Below the pieces are notes generated by a model, which saw nothing but the letters and a program-made list of their open reading frames with translations, did no database searches and was not told the DNA's origin. A stretch of DNA of 64,000 nucleotides from Coleofasciculus sp. B1-GNL1-01 (GTDB taxonomy: Bacteria; Cyanobacteriota; Cyanobacteriia; Cyanobacteriales; Coleofasciculaceae): assembly GCA_040220235.1 (NCBI GenBank), contig JAVJTO010000102.1. One strand, written 5' to 3'. The translations under genes were made by a program, and so were the position numbers. Of this stretch, positions 20,034 through 30,536 are shown piece by piece. Positions within the stretch are counted from its first letter, which is position 1, and each line of letters starts with the position of its first letter.

Positions 20034-20852
20034 TTAAAAAATAGGTGTTCGCTTAAGAATCGGGGTAGGCTTCCCTAAGTAAAACCCTTGGGCATAATCC
20101 ACACCTAACGCCTGCAATTGTTCCAGAATTGCCACATTCTCCACATATTCAGCAATCGTCTTGATTTGCTTCGCCTTAGCCATTTGTACAATCGCCGAGA
20201 CAATCGCTTCAGAGATAGGATTATGCACGACATCCCGCACAAACATGCCATCAATTTTGACAAAATCTAACGGTAATTCCTTCAGATAGGCTAAACTGGA
20301 CATGCCTGTACCAAAATCATCCAAAGCAAACTGACAACCCAGGTTTTGCAAACGCTGGATAAATTGCCGGGTTCTGTCTAGATTGATTAAGGCTACCGTT
20401 TCAGTAATCTCGAAGACTAAACTACTGGGAGGAACCGGATGATTAATCACGGCGTTTTCCAGAAAATCGAGAAAGCCGTCATCATTGACGCTGGAACCGG
20501 ACAGGTTAAACGCAATAATACACCCACAATAATAATCCCTTGCCCAACAACCCATACATTTACTAGGGTGGTAAATGCCATTAAAAAAGGATTCCAACAC
20601 CCAACGATCAATGGATGGCATTAATCCTGATTCTTCGGCACAGGGAAGAAAGTAATTGGGTGAGATAATTCTACCATCTTGTCCCACCATTCGGATTAAA
20701 ATTTCCTTGTGAACATGACCCTTGTCTCCCTGAAGAAGAGGGAAAATCGGTTGAAAGTATAAGCAAAACCTATCTTCTATAAGGGCAGTTTGTAAGGCTT
20801 TACGACTGGTTGATTCTTGACAGAGATTTTGTTGCACATTTTTCACCTCCAA
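20034..20852 (-). CDS. Stand-alone EAL-domain c-di-GMP phosphodiesterase
   Basis: FQPI, EILIR, FNLS, FEITET, LDDFGTGMSS, VKIDG, AEYVE and QGFY motifs. The TTG start is uncertain. Confidence 0.85.
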   Translation of the reverse strand: MEVKNVQQNLCQESTSRKALQTALIEDRFCLYFQPIFPLLQGDKGHVHKEILIRMVGQDGRIISPNYFLPCAEESGLMPSIDRWVLESFFNGIYHPSKCMGCWARDYYCGCIIAFNLSGSSVNDDGFLDFLENAVINHPVPPSSLVFEITETVALINLDRTRQFIQRLQNLGCQFALDDFGTGMSSLAYLKELPLDFVKIDGMFVRDVVHNPISEAIVSAIVQMAKAKQIKTIAEYVENVAILEQLQALGVDYAQGFYLGKPTPILKRTPIF

Positions 20853-21052
20853 TTTACCACCTGCTGCTCTTTACCTAAATGCTACCAGAAAGGTGGTTTG
20901 AGAACAGGTTATAGGGATAACAGTTAAGCGTGAATGAGGGGCGAAACAAACTGATGTAGCAATTATCAATGAGTTCTGGAATCTTCTGTTTTCAGTTAAG
21001 CGTTCCTTTTACTCACTAAAATTTTTACGACTCAAGTCGAATCGCTATCGAT

Positions 21053-22237
21053 TTATTGTTGGGATAAGCGTTTAACGGTTGCACCCCCTAAGCGCTGATC
21101 CGCATCTTCCAGTAAAATAGGAATTGTATCAGCATGGGGACTCCGGTGTAAACATGCCTGAAGATTGATTTTTCTGATTTGATTAGCTTTAGCACCTGGA
21201 AACCAGTGTCCCGCATTGGTTAAGAGGTTGTAACGCATTTTAGCATATTCAACCATATCATAGGCGATCGCTAAATTTCTCAGCCATAAAATTACCGGGA
21301 TATTCACACCCCCAGGGGTTTCCTCATGGCTGGGTAAACCGATGTGCCAGGTTTTGAACCAGTCTTCTCCCAGGCGTGCGATCGCGGCGGCTTCTAATCG
21401 TGCCACAATCGGGGGTAATATTTCATCAACCTGATCCAATAATTCAACGGCTTTCAAATGTTCATCAAAATCGCTAGGGCGAGATGCACCTAAACTCAAG
21501 GTATGCACCTGGGGATGAGACAGGCAAAACAAGTTATTAAATACCATTGGACTCAAGGGTTTACAAAGTTCAACTAATCGCTGTGGCGGTTTATACAGCA
21601 TTCCCCCTTTATCCGACGGACTAATAATAAAAACACCCATATCGTGACGAATTGCGGCTTCAATTGCCGCCCAATTAAATTGATTAATATAGTACCAGTG
21701 CAAATTTACATAATCAAACTGATCCATCTCAATAGTTTTGATAATTAAATCCGTAGCACCGTGGGTAGAAAAGCCAATAAACCGCACTTTGCCTTGGGCT
21801 TGCAACTGACGCGCCACATCCATACAGCCTCCCGGACGAATGCTATCATGAAGCAATTGCGGCGTGTTTATCCCATGAACTCCCAGCAAATCAACATAGT
21901 CAAGGTTGAGGAATTTCAACGATTGCTCAAACTGGCGTCGAAATTCTTTGGGATCTGATTTAGGACTGACTTTTGTCTGGACAATTAATTGATCACGGGG
22001 GAATTTGGGCAAAATTTTACCTAACTGCATTTCTGACGTGCCGTAACCCCGTGCTGTTTCAATATGATTAATACCGACTTCAATCGAGCGACGAATTGTT
22101 GCTTCTAAGTTGCTTTGATTATCTTTAGGAATTAACCAGGCGGGCATATCTTTCCACTTGAATTGGTATCGCATTCCGCCACAGGAGAATACTGGCATTT
22201 GTAGTTCAGTGCGTCCAAATCGTCTGTACTGCATCAT
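21053..22237 (-). CDS. Aldo/keto reductase
   Basis: RRFGRTEL, HIETARGYGTSE, IGFSTHG and ISPSDKGG motifs; conserved cyanobacterial AKR type. Confidence 0.9.
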   Translation of the reverse strand: MMQYRRFGRTELQMPVFSCGGMRYQFKWKDMPAWLIPKDNQSNLEATIRRSIEVGINHIETARGYGTSEMQLGKILPKFPRDQLIVQTKVSPKSDPKEFRRQFEQSLKFLNLDYVDLLGVHGINTPQLLHDSIRPGGCMDVARQLQAQGKVRFIGFSTHGATDLIIKTIEMDQFDYVNLHWYYINQFNWAAIEAAIRHDMGVFIISPSDKGGMLYKPPQRLVELCKPLSPMVFNNLFCLSHPQVHTLSLGASRPSDFDEHLKAVELLDQVDEILPPIVARLEAAAIARLGEDWFKTWHIGLPSHEETPGGVNIPVILWLRNLAIAYDMVEYAKMRYNLLTNAGHWFPGAKANQIRKINLQACLHRSPHADTIPILLEDADQRLGGATVKRLSQQ

Positions 22238-22463
22238 AAGTATGATTAGAAGTCAAGTGCTTGAATGGTGAATTTTAGACCTATTCTCACTTTAGCCAAA
22301 ATCAAAATATCTAGCAGTTCGTAGTCGGCACTTTAGCGCCTCTGACTGGAGGACTAAAGTCCTCACTACAACCTAGGATGGGGGCGCACTGGCGCTTTAC
22401 TCATCAGACGCGCTTCACGACTATCAACTGAAAACGGAACATATTATCACCTCTTTCCCACGC

Positions 22464-24254
22464 TTACGCCAAGCGATCGCGAAAATATTGTTGATACAAT
22501 TGACACCTAGGTGTGCAATCATTACCAAAGAGTTTTACCAGTCCCATACTGTTTAATTTAAACGCCTGTTGCGAGGGTAAACGGACTGGCGTCGATGCCA
22601 TTACTATGGCTTTCATGGCGTCCAATAATTCCGGATAGGTTTGCAAATTCCACAAATGGCGGCGCAAATGATCACTATAAATTCCTGCTTCCGTGGGCGC
22701 GGTTTGCTGGATGTCCTCTAATGCCATATCCTGACGGGCAATATGATAAAGTGCCAGTCTCACCAAATAAGGATGTCCACCGACTAAGGTAACGAGAGAA
22801 TCTACCGTTTCAATCGACCATTCTAATCCATGGCGTCTGGCTAATTCCATCACCTGTTCCTGATTAAACTCTGGCAATTCAATCGGTAATCCTACATTAA
22901 AGGGCGATTTATTCATATCCAAGGGAACATAGACTTCCGTGGAATGCACTACTACTAACCGGAATTTTTGCCAAATCTCGCGCCGTTTCGCTTCCTCATG
23001 CAATGCCCGTAATAACCCGAAAAAGTCATCGGCAATTTCCGGAGAGGCAAAGAGGCGATCCACTTCATCTAAGCCTAATGTCAATGAAGTAGAAATATGG
23101 GGCAGTAAATACTGTTCAAAATAGGCTTTACAGCTTTGATTGCTGCCAATCATATCCGCTAACTGGGCATACTTTGCCAGTTGTTCGGGATCGAGTCGCC
23201 CCAAAGCTAAACTGATACTGGCACAAAACCATTCTAAGAATGTATTAGAATTTGCCAATATCCGCTGATTTGCCAGTTGTAAACTTAATGCCACAGTTTG
23301 AGATCCCTGCTGTTCAGCATGACGCAGAATTCGCGCCATTAACGAGGTTTTTCCCATTTGTCGCGGCGCTTTGATTCGGATTAAGGAACCCGGTCGAGTT
23401 ATGGTTTCATAACAAACCGATTCAATGGGCGGGCGATTGATGTAAAAGGTAGAGTCAAGATCGACTTGTCCTTCTGGTAATTCCGGTGCAGCGACGGGGA
23501 GAGGCGCATAAAGTGATGTATTTTTCTGGGTTTGGGGAGTCAGTTTACTCCAAGAAATCGCCAATTGATGATCCGTTGGCAAAGCGGTGCGCCCTTGGCT
23601 GAGAACCTGGAGAACTTCTGAGGCGAGAATCGTCGGATCATCATGACAACGCCAGTGCCAGGGTTGAGTGCCTTGGAGATAGCCGAGTAAATCGAAAGGT
23701 AAGGGGGTACTCGCGCCGTTTCCATTCTGACAAACGTCCACTAAAATCGGCAAAATGGCGGGTTTTTGGGGTGTGATGTGGTGTAATGCCTTAGCCAGCC
23801 GAACTTGTTCGAGTACCATTTCGCTAACGGCGGTGGTTTTGGATAATAGCAGCAGTAAGTAATCGGATAGCTTTAAATAGTTATCCAGGGCGGTGTTCTG
23901 CTGCGCCAAAAACACGTCATGACCCGCTTGACAAATTGCCTGTTGTATTGTCTGCGTCAGATTAAAATGGGGCGGGTATCCACTCATCAGCACTTTGGCT
24001 CTCATCTCCTGTATTTCATCGGCGTGAGAAGGCGTCTCTAAATCAGCAATATCCCGCCATTCCTGCCCTAATGCGGCGCACAGTTCCACAAAATTGATAT
24101 AATCCACGGGTTTGCCGTTGAGGAAGTTGCTCACGGTGGATTGGGAGAGACTCAAGGCTTCCGCCAAAAGCTTCTGACTGGGAAAGCCATTCCGCAACAG
24201 GGACGATTTAACGCGGGAAACGGAGTGAGAGTGAACTTGGAGCGATCGCGGCAT
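22464..24254 (-). CDS. HTH-TIR-like-AAA_35 NTPase
   Basis: N-terminal XRE-like HTH (SQKLLAEALSLSQSTVSNFLNG), TIR-like middle domain, Walker A KAPRQMGKTS, Walker B LGLDEVD, SPFNVG and GGHPYL. Confidence 0.85.
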   Translation of the reverse strand: MPRSLQVHSHSVSRVKSSLLRNGFPSQKLLAEALSLSQSTVSNFLNGKPVDYINFVELCAALGQEWRDIADLETPSHADEIQEMRAKVLMSGYPPHFNLTQTIQQAICQAGHDVFLAQQNTALDNYLKLSDYLLLLLSKTTAVSEMVLEQVRLAKALHHITPQKPAILPILVDVCQNGNGASTPLPFDLLGYLQGTQPWHWRCHDDPTILASEVLQVLSQGRTALPTDHQLAISWSKLTPQTQKNTSLYAPLPVAAPELPEGQVDLDSTFYINRPPIESVCYETITRPGSLIRIKAPRQMGKTSLMARILRHAEQQGSQTVALSLQLANQRILANSNTFLEWFCASISLALGRLDPEQLAKYAQLADMIGSNQSCKAYFEQYLLPHISTSLTLGLDEVDRLFASPEIADDFFGLLRALHEEAKRREIWQKFRLVVVHSTEVYVPLDMNKSPFNVGLPIELPEFNQEQVMELARRHGLEWSIETVDSLVTLVGGHPYLVRLALYHIARQDMALEDIQQTAPTEAGIYSDHLRRHLWNLQTYPELLDAMKAIVMASTPVRLPSQQAFKLNSMGLVKLFGNDCTPRCQLYQQYFRDRLA

Positions 24255-24417
24255 TGTTTAAACCAGCTTGTGATCCTGCATTGATCATAAATGCCAATCC
24301 CCGTAAAAGTCGATAGGAGATACGGTTTGGGGATTTTGGGGAGGGATGCGATCGCAAAGCTAATAGAACATGGCTTTAACTGCCCCAGCCCTAACTGACA
24401 GCCAAACTAGGAAAACG

Positions 24418-24458
24418 AAAAAACAATACTCTAAGGAAAAGTACTTTTCCCTAGAGTA
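24418..24458 (-). terminator. Probable intrinsic terminator of the PEP-CTERM gene
   Basis: Stem TACTCTA-GGAAAA / TTTTCC-TAGAGTA followed by a T-rich run on the minus strand. Confidence 0.55.
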
Positions 24459-24495
24459 GATTGTTACTAAGAACTCTCGTCCTAGTGTTCAGAGA

Positions 24496-25326
24496 CTACG
24501 ACAAATTCTTGTTGCGCTTGCGTAAACCTAAAGCACCCATCAACCCTAACGCACCTAAGCCAAGAGTGGTTGTCGGTTCAGGTATGTCTATACCTTCTTT
24601 CTCTAGGTCAAAGTCAACTCCATCACCTGTTTCACCGTCTACTGGACTGTCTTGACCCAATTTTAGTGTGATAAAGCTTACGTCTTTCCAGATTTGGTAA
24701 GAGATATTACCATTTGCACCTGGAACAATAGGATTAGAGCCTGTATCTAATACCCCGTCAGTGTCCAGAACACCGCCAAAATCAGGAACTCCTGTTGTAC
24801 CACTCGACTCTGTATCGAAATAGGCAATTTTCAGTTCAGGAATCACCTTCGTAAAATGGAACTCGTAAGTTCCGACTTCTAACCGTCCTTGTTCTTCACC
24901 TTGTCCTGTGACTTCACGTTCTGATGGACGGAACCAAAAGCCTTCTGGAACTGTCCCAGCATCTCCAGCTTTCAAGTGTACAAATGGGAGACTATCGGGT
25001 TCACCGTACCAATTTTCAGTGGCAAGATTGTCTACAAACAAGCGGCTAAGAGTCCCACTTGTCTCATCTTCTAGGCTGACTATGTGATCTATCCAGTAAT
25101 CGTTAAGATTAGTTAAACATTGAGTTGGGTCTATGCAACCTAGTGGCTGCTCATTCTCGCCATAAAGCAAAATTTCAGTTTCTCCTACATCTTTTCCTAT
25201 CGACTGAGCCAAGGAAATAGCTGAAGCAGATGGAGCCATAAACCCTGTAGCTACTGTAGCCGCAGCGACGAGTGAGGCAATTGCACCAGTATGGCGGAAA
25301 AAAGTGGAAATTTTTTGAGTATTCAT
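24496..25326 (-). CDS. LEVG-family PEP-CTERM surface protein
   Basis: Signal peptide (ASA-IS), GRLEVG motif, C-terminal IPEPTTTLGLGALGLMGALGLRKR. Confidence 0.88.
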   Translation of the reverse strand: MNTQKISTFFRHTGAIASLVAAATVATGFMAPSASAISLAQSIGKDVGETEILLYGENEQPLGCIDPTQCLTNLNDYWIDHIVSLEDETSGTLSRLFVDNLATENWYGEPDSLPFVHLKAGDAGTVPEGFWFRPSEREVTGQGEEQGRLEVGTYEFHFTKVIPELKIAYFDTESSGTTGVPDFGGVLDTDGVLDTGSNPIVPGANGNISYQIWKDVSFITLKLGQDSPVDGETGDGVDFDLEKEGIDIPEPTTTLGLGALGLMGALGLRKRNKNLS

Positions 25327-25741
25327 GGAGATGCTCTCCTTTTGTTGTTGCACTAGATTGAGTTAAATGTTACAGGACTAAAACTCAAGAGATAGTGTTG
25401 GTGAATAGGGGGACAGTCCTCAATTAGCGGAAGGCGGAGAAAAATATGTCGTTGTTTATACTAAACTTGACTATATTTTTTAAGGTGAGTGAGCTGACCT
25501 CTATGTGACCAACAGCACATTCTGAGTCTAAACAGGTCGGTTTTTATCTGGCTATAATTTAATTCTAAGGGCAAACCTGTTCAGGGATAGTATCCAATCA
25601 ATATCTTCATTAAATCTTTAAATAGTCCTCCTTTTATTGGGCGTTATTGTAAATCTTGTATAAAGTTTAGGGTTAATTCCTGAACCATCCCCATGAAAAC
25701 AATAAAAATTTACATTTTTAGGGACAATGCTCACATTTGTA

Positions 25742-27331
25742 TTAATTTTTGTAATGTATTGTCTGATACTCTTCCAACGCTGCCAGCAGTACATTGACTA
25801 AAGGATGATCAATCAATTCTTTTAATACCTCAGTCTGCACGCCTTTTAAGCCTTCAACGACTGAAGCTTTCAGCATCGGATTCTGCTCAATCCTCTCTAG
25901 CACCTCGATAACCACCCGTTGTTTTTCCAGAGGCGTATTCGTGGGATAGGTTTGATCGAGCTGCTGGAGTAACTTTTGAATTTTGGTCGCAGTATCAGTC
26001 AGTCGTTGCTTTTGTTCTAGGGTATAAGCGGGTGCGATCGCCGAGTTCCCAGACAGGCAACTTTCCACGGACTCACCCTGATTAGACGGGTAAGGCGTGA
26101 GGGGTTCAACTAACCGTCTTGCCTCTACATTAATCGTTTCACCAGGATGCACGGTTTTCTCCGCCAACCGTTGCAGAACCTCGGTTAAGTTGGCACTCTG
26201 CTGACGATAGGTAGCCACTTGCTCATATTTCACCTGTAACTGATAACGATAGTCTTTATCAATCATCTCAAGTTGGGCATCGTACTCACGATTAAGGAAA
26301 TGCTCAATCTCCAACCGATTGGCATCGATAGGAATGGCAATCCGGATGGTTAATACCCCATCAGGGTGATTTTCTAAGGATTGAATCGTGAGGATGTTAC
26401 TCCCATCCTGGGCTTGACAGGCGTGAAAGGCGGCAAAGAATGCTTGCCAATCAATACCATTGCGGAAAATTAAATTAACCGTCTCTAAGGGAACTTGAAA
26501 AACCCTCGTGAATTCTCCCGGGGCAAATGTTCCCTGATGGGGACGGCGTTCGTGTTGATCGGTTTGTAAGTAAACATACTCACAAATCACCTCGGCTAAA
26601 TTTGTCCCGCTATTGATGTGCCAGTCTTCCAGACAGGCGGCGGTGAATATGGCTTGGTAAAAATTGGTGTTGAAGGCTTTGCAACGTTGTAAGTTGACGT
26701 TCCGCAGATTGGCTTGACTACAATTAGCACCCTTGAGGTTCGTCCCCCTGAGGTTTGCACCGACAAGGTGGGCACCACTGAGATTCGCCCCACTGAGATT
26801 CGCCCCACTGAGATTGGTTCCACTCAGTTTAGCGCCAATCAGTTTTGCTCCCACTAAATCAGCACCACTGAGGTTGGCTTTAGTCAAATCAGCACCACTA
26901 AGATAGATGTTATTCAGGTTCGCACCAATGAGATTGGCACTAATTAAGTCAGCATTTCTCAGATCGGCTGCCATGAGGTTTGCACCGATCAAATCCGCCT
27001 CACTTAAATATGCCTCACTCAAATATGCTTCACTCAGGTTTGCGCCAATCAGATCCGCTTTACTCAAATCTGCCTGACTTAGATTTGCCCGACTCAAATC
27101 AACGCCACTGAGTTTCGCCCCTTGGATAGCAACGCCTTTGCCTGTAGCAAAGCTGAGATTGGGTCGGATATCTGGGTGGTGCGCTTTCCACGCATTCCAT
27201 ACCTCCACCCCTTGCCTGAGCAAGGCAAGATAGTCTTCATTCGTCTGTGGAGACATAAAATCGTTAGACAAGCTCCGCTTTACGCATCCGTTATAGATGG
27301 AAGAAACACAATTAACGCCAAATGCTTCCAT
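25742..27331 (-). CDS. Pentapeptide repeat protein with helical C-terminal domain
   Basis: GVEVWNAWK followed by about 30 A(D/N)LxG-type pentapeptides, then ACLEDW and FAPGEF. Start may be at 27256. Confidence 0.9.
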   Translation of the reverse strand: MEAFGVNCVSSIYNGCVKRSLSNDFMSPQTNEDYLALLRQGVEVWNAWKAHHPDIRPNLSFATGKGVAIQGAKLSGVDLSRANLSQADLSKADLIGANLSEAYLSEAYLSEADLIGANLMAADLRNADLISANLIGANLNNIYLSGADLTKANLSGADLVGAKLIGAKLSGTNLSGANLSGANLSGAHLVGANLRGTNLKGANCSQANLRNVNLQRCKAFNTNFYQAIFTAACLEDWHINSGTNLAEVICEYVYLQTDQHERRPHQGTFAPGEFTRVFQVPLETVNLIFRNGIDWQAFFAAFHACQAQDGSNILTIQSLENHPDGVLTIRIAIPIDANRLEIEHFLNREYDAQLEMIDKDYRYQLQVKYEQVATYRQQSANLTEVLQRLAEKTVHPGETINVEARRLVEPLTPYPSNQGESVESCLSGNSAIAPAYTLEQKQRLTDTATKIQKLLQQLDQTYPTNTPLEKQRVVIEVLERIEQNPMLKASVVEGLKGVQTEVLKELIDHPLVNVLLAALEEYQTIHYKN

Positions 27332-27527
27332 AATAAGGGTTTGGTGAATGGGTTGCCTAGAACTATGAACCAGGAAGTCTCATCAGTAATGAAATGATGG
27401 GAATCCCCAACCTCAATCGACCATTGGAAGATAGGTTGGGGAGGATATCAAGCCAAAAAACAAACGGCGAGGACTTATCCCCACCGTTTCTTAAATCTTA
27501 TCGGATGAACATTGTCCATCCTTATAC

Positions 27528-28106
27528 CTATACCCTGCTACCCATTTGAGGATTGGTATTGGCGCCAGGTGCATTATAGATAGCCCAGTCCTGAATTCCT
27601 CGATTTTGGAAAATGGGTTGCATATTCAGGATCTCGGTTTCTGTACCCTCTACAATCACCACATAATCGCCGACGGAAACTCGTTCGTCATAATATTTAG
27701 CAGCATCTTCGGGGATTCCCCAACCAATCAAGGCACCGACTAAACCGCCGCCAGCACCACCGATAACGCCTCCTAAGAGAGTATTCGCTAAAACGACTCC
27801 TAGTTCTGTAGCTGCACCGACTCCAGGAATTGCCAATACGCCTAGACCACCAATTAAGCCCAGGAAACCGCCTACCGTACCGCCAGCAGCCGCACCAGCT
27901 TTGGCACCTTCTCCCGCTTGGTTACCACCGCTTTTATGGAGATCAGTACCACCAATTTTCTCATTGAGACTGGCGTCTTTAGCAATCACGGAAACTCGAT
28001 CCAGATCAAATCCTCTATCTCTGAGTTCCATGAGCGCATTTTCTGCCTGTTGACGACTAGGAAAGACGCCAATTGCATGTCTTAATTGTGATTGTGCTAC
28101 AGCCAT
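27528..28106 (-). CDS. General stress protein (YflT-like) membrane protein
   Basis: AIGVFPSRQQAE, Gly-zipper TM region and GIPEDAAKYYDERV. Confidence 0.8.
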   Translation of the reverse strand: MAVAQSQLRHAIGVFPSRQQAENALMELRDRGFDLDRVSVIAKDASLNEKIGGTDLHKSGGNQAGEGAKAGAAAGGTVGGFLGLIGGLGVLAIPGVGAATELGVVLANTLLGGVIGGAGGGLVGALIGWGIPEDAAKYYDERVSVGDYVVIVEGTETEILNMQPIFQNRGIQDWAIYNAPGANTNPQMGSRV

Positions 28107-28249
28107 ATTTTTTCTCCCTATACTTCAAAACCGATTAACCTGTCAGAATGCAGGACTTCGGATTATTGTTGCGTTGTTATTCTCCTTTCTATTTTGGGAA
28201 AAGAACACAAGAGATTCATCAGTCTGTAGAGAGAAGCTGTTGATAGGCA

Positions 28250-28350
28250 ATAGGGAATAGAGAGATGGGGAAGCTGGGGAAGCTGGGGGAGCTGAGGGAG
28301 ATGGGGGAGCTGGGGAAGAGGATGAACAATGAACTATCAACAATCAACAA
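28250..28350. repeat. STRR / 9-mer tandem tract (GGGGAAGCT, AATAGGG, ACAATSA)
   Basis: Visible tandem short repeats. Confidence 0.75.
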
Positions 28351-28469
28351 ATGATATCAAGTCCGATAAATTACCCACAATAGCAATGCTGTAACAGCAA
28401 AGGTTTCAGGTTTTTTTAGTAGGGGTGATTTGCCGGACATCATCTGACCAATGACCAATGACAAATCTC

Positions 28470-29228
28470 CTAAAACAATCCGTCTAGCTCAATTTCCTCA
28501 ATCATCTGTAAGGCACGGGGATCGCCCACTCTCAACAGGGCAGCTTTTGCATCTTCCTGCACGCCCATATCTTCATCTTCGGCAAAGGCTTCAATTAAAC
28601 CGTCAACCGCACCTGCATAGATAGCATTCGAGGGGAGTTCTCGACAAAGCTGTCCTAATGACCAGGCACAGTTACTGCGTACTGCTGCCATGGGATCTTG
28701 CTTTAAGGCAGTAATTAACGGGGGAATACAGGCAACGATATCGTCATAGTCTAACTTCGCCATCTGTGCCAGGGAACTTGCTGCCCACAAACGCACAGCA
28801 GAGATATCTGTACATAAGGCATCAATCAAGCTGGGCAATGCTTTGCGATCGCGGCAATTACCTAATGCCCAAACGACTCCTTTACGCACATACCCATTCC
28901 AATCCCGGTTCAGTTGCTCTATCAAAGGATCGACGGCTGTTGGATCAGGATTACGTCCTAATGCATACGCTGCACTAACCCGTACCAAGGGACAGACATC
29001 GTTTAACAAATTAATCAGATGGGGAATTGCCCGTTCATCTTGAAGTTCACAAAAAGCCCGCGCCGCCAGCATCCGTTGGGGTGTTTCTGGGGCGGTTAGC
29101 AGAGCCAGCATCGCTTCTGGATCGGGTTGAGTCTCTTCTGAGTGGTCATCAATTGGCTCGATTTCATCCAGAGGGCTATCTAGCTCACCTGCCGCCTCGA
29201 TTAATCTTAGCTCGTTATTATCATACAT
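28470..29228 (-). CDS. HEAT-repeat (PBS lyase HEAT-like) protein
   Basis: Repeated VRxxAAxALG units. Confidence 0.88.
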   Translation of the reverse strand: MYDNNELRLIEAAGELDSPLDEIEPIDDHSEETQPDPEAMLALLTAPETPQRMLAARAFCELQDERAIPHLINLLNDVCPLVRVSAAYALGRNPDPTAVDPLIEQLNRDWNGYVRKGVVWALGNCRDRKALPSLIDALCTDISAVRLWAASSLAQMAKLDYDDIVACIPPLITALKQDPMAAVRSNCAWSLGQLCRELPSNAIYAGAVDGLIEAFAEDEDMGVQEDAKAALLRVGDPRALQMIEEIELDGLF

Positions 29229-29372
29229 ACTTAAAAAAATATCTTATTCAGCGGTTATTTGTCCTATGTCCTTTGTTATTTGTTATTTTTCCTTTGTCAA
29301 CTTATCCATTTGAACATTCTCGCACTCAAAAGTATGCCCTGGGAAAAAGTGAAGCGTCAACACTCAGAACTC

Positions 29373-29864
29373 TTATCCAGACAGCGGTTTCACCATCCAA
29401 AGGGACTGGGTTTGGAACCCTAACTTATCGTAAAGGCGCACAGCCGATGGATTTGACTCAAACACTTGCAACCCAATTTGGCGATCGCCCCGAACTCTAG
29501 CCCAGTTTTCAGCATGGCACATCAGCGCTGAACCAATACCCCGACGCCGATGCTCTGGCATCACGTAGAGTAAAAAAACATGGGCATGGCGATCCCCACT
29601 TACCTGATCAATGGCATTTCCCAGCCATAAACCAGCGACAGGTTGATTTGATGGTGCGGCGTCACCCTCAGGATTGGCTAAGTCTACCCACCATAACGGT
29701 GTGTCTTGACAAAAATACCGTCGTACTGTCTCGTCTAAATGAGAAAAATCTTGCTGTTGCGGGAAAAGCTCTTGGTAACTCAGTTGGAGAAACTTCAACA
29801 AGGTTGCCTTCTCCAGTCGAGAGCCAACTCGTAGCTGATAGCCCGGTATTAACAATGTATGCAT
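29373..29864 (-). CDS. GNAT family N-acetyltransferase
   Basis: LYVMPEHRRRGIGSALM and NPSAVRLYDKLGF motifs. Confidence 0.9.
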   Translation of the reverse strand: MHTLLIPGYQLRVGSRLEKATLLKFLQLSYQELFPQQQDFSHLDETVRRYFCQDTPLWWVDLANPEGDAAPSNQPVAGLWLGNAIDQVSGDRHAHVFLLYVMPEHRRRGIGSALMCHAENWARVRGDRQIGLQVFESNPSAVRLYDKLGFQTQSLWMVKPLSG

Positions 29865-30052
29865 TTAACAAAGTAGGTTGAGGCAGCAAGGAAGTTGGGG
29901 TGCGGGAAGCTGGGGAAGCTAGGGAAGCCAAACGATGCCCTCGAAGGTCATGAAGGGTCAACACTCGAAACGTAGTCAGGGCGGGTTTTGAACAAAAGTT
30001 ATCATGAACAGCAAGACGAAAGCCCCTAAACCCGCCCCTACACACTCAACAC

Positions 30053-30217
30053 TCAAAGCGTCTCCAATCCCCTCATACTCACCGAATTCGTATCTTCAAT
30101 AGGTGCAGGCGCTGCCATATCATTGGGTAAAAAGATGCGAGCGCTGACGGCAAGTAACGCGACGACAAAGACTAAGACGATTAGGAACGGAGCAATATAT
30201 TGGCGAAAAATAGACAT
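30053..30217 (-). CDS. Small (54 aa) membrane protein missed by the ORF track
   Basis: Manual translation MSIFRQYIAPFLIVLVFVVALLAVSARIFLPNDMAAPAPIEDTNSVSMRGLETL; one TM helix; resembles a conserved cyanobacterial small protein. Confidence 0.75.
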   Translation of the reverse strand: MSIFRQYIAPFLIVLVFVVALLAVSARIFLPNDMAAPAPIEDTNSVSMRGLETL

Positions 30218-30393
30218 GGGTATCCAAGGGGAGCAAAAGTAACGATAGTCTTATCTATCTTAGAATTACGTGACATCCTCTGACTTATCTGAGTCCATGT
30301 ATCCCAACGCCAACATCGAGCGAAGTCGAGATGAGCGAAGCCAAGATGTATAGCGTGGGACTTATAGCTCCTCAACTTCTCATTAGTTAAGTT

Positions 30394-30521
30394 TAAGCTG
30401 TTCGGCATTTAAACCTTAATGTCAACAATGACGAAATCCTTGTAGTGCGTTTAGCGAAGCCATGCCGCAGGCTTTGCATCTTGCTCGCTACTAATACCCA
30501 ATTTAAATGCATTACAGCTTA
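30394..30521. mobile_element. MITE-like element family B copy
   Basis: Near-identical to 19807-19934. Confidence 0.8.
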
Positions 30522-30536
30522 GAAGTTGTCTCTACT

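Noticed and set aside
28143..28343. Pro/Ser-rich short ORFs (also 11838-12122, 45863-46165, 60973-61233)
   Set aside because: They are read-throughs of STRR, 9-mer or REP tracts.
29027..29500. 157-aa plus-strand ORF and other antisense ORFs in the track
   Set aside because: They overlap well-supported genes on the opposite strand and show no motifs.
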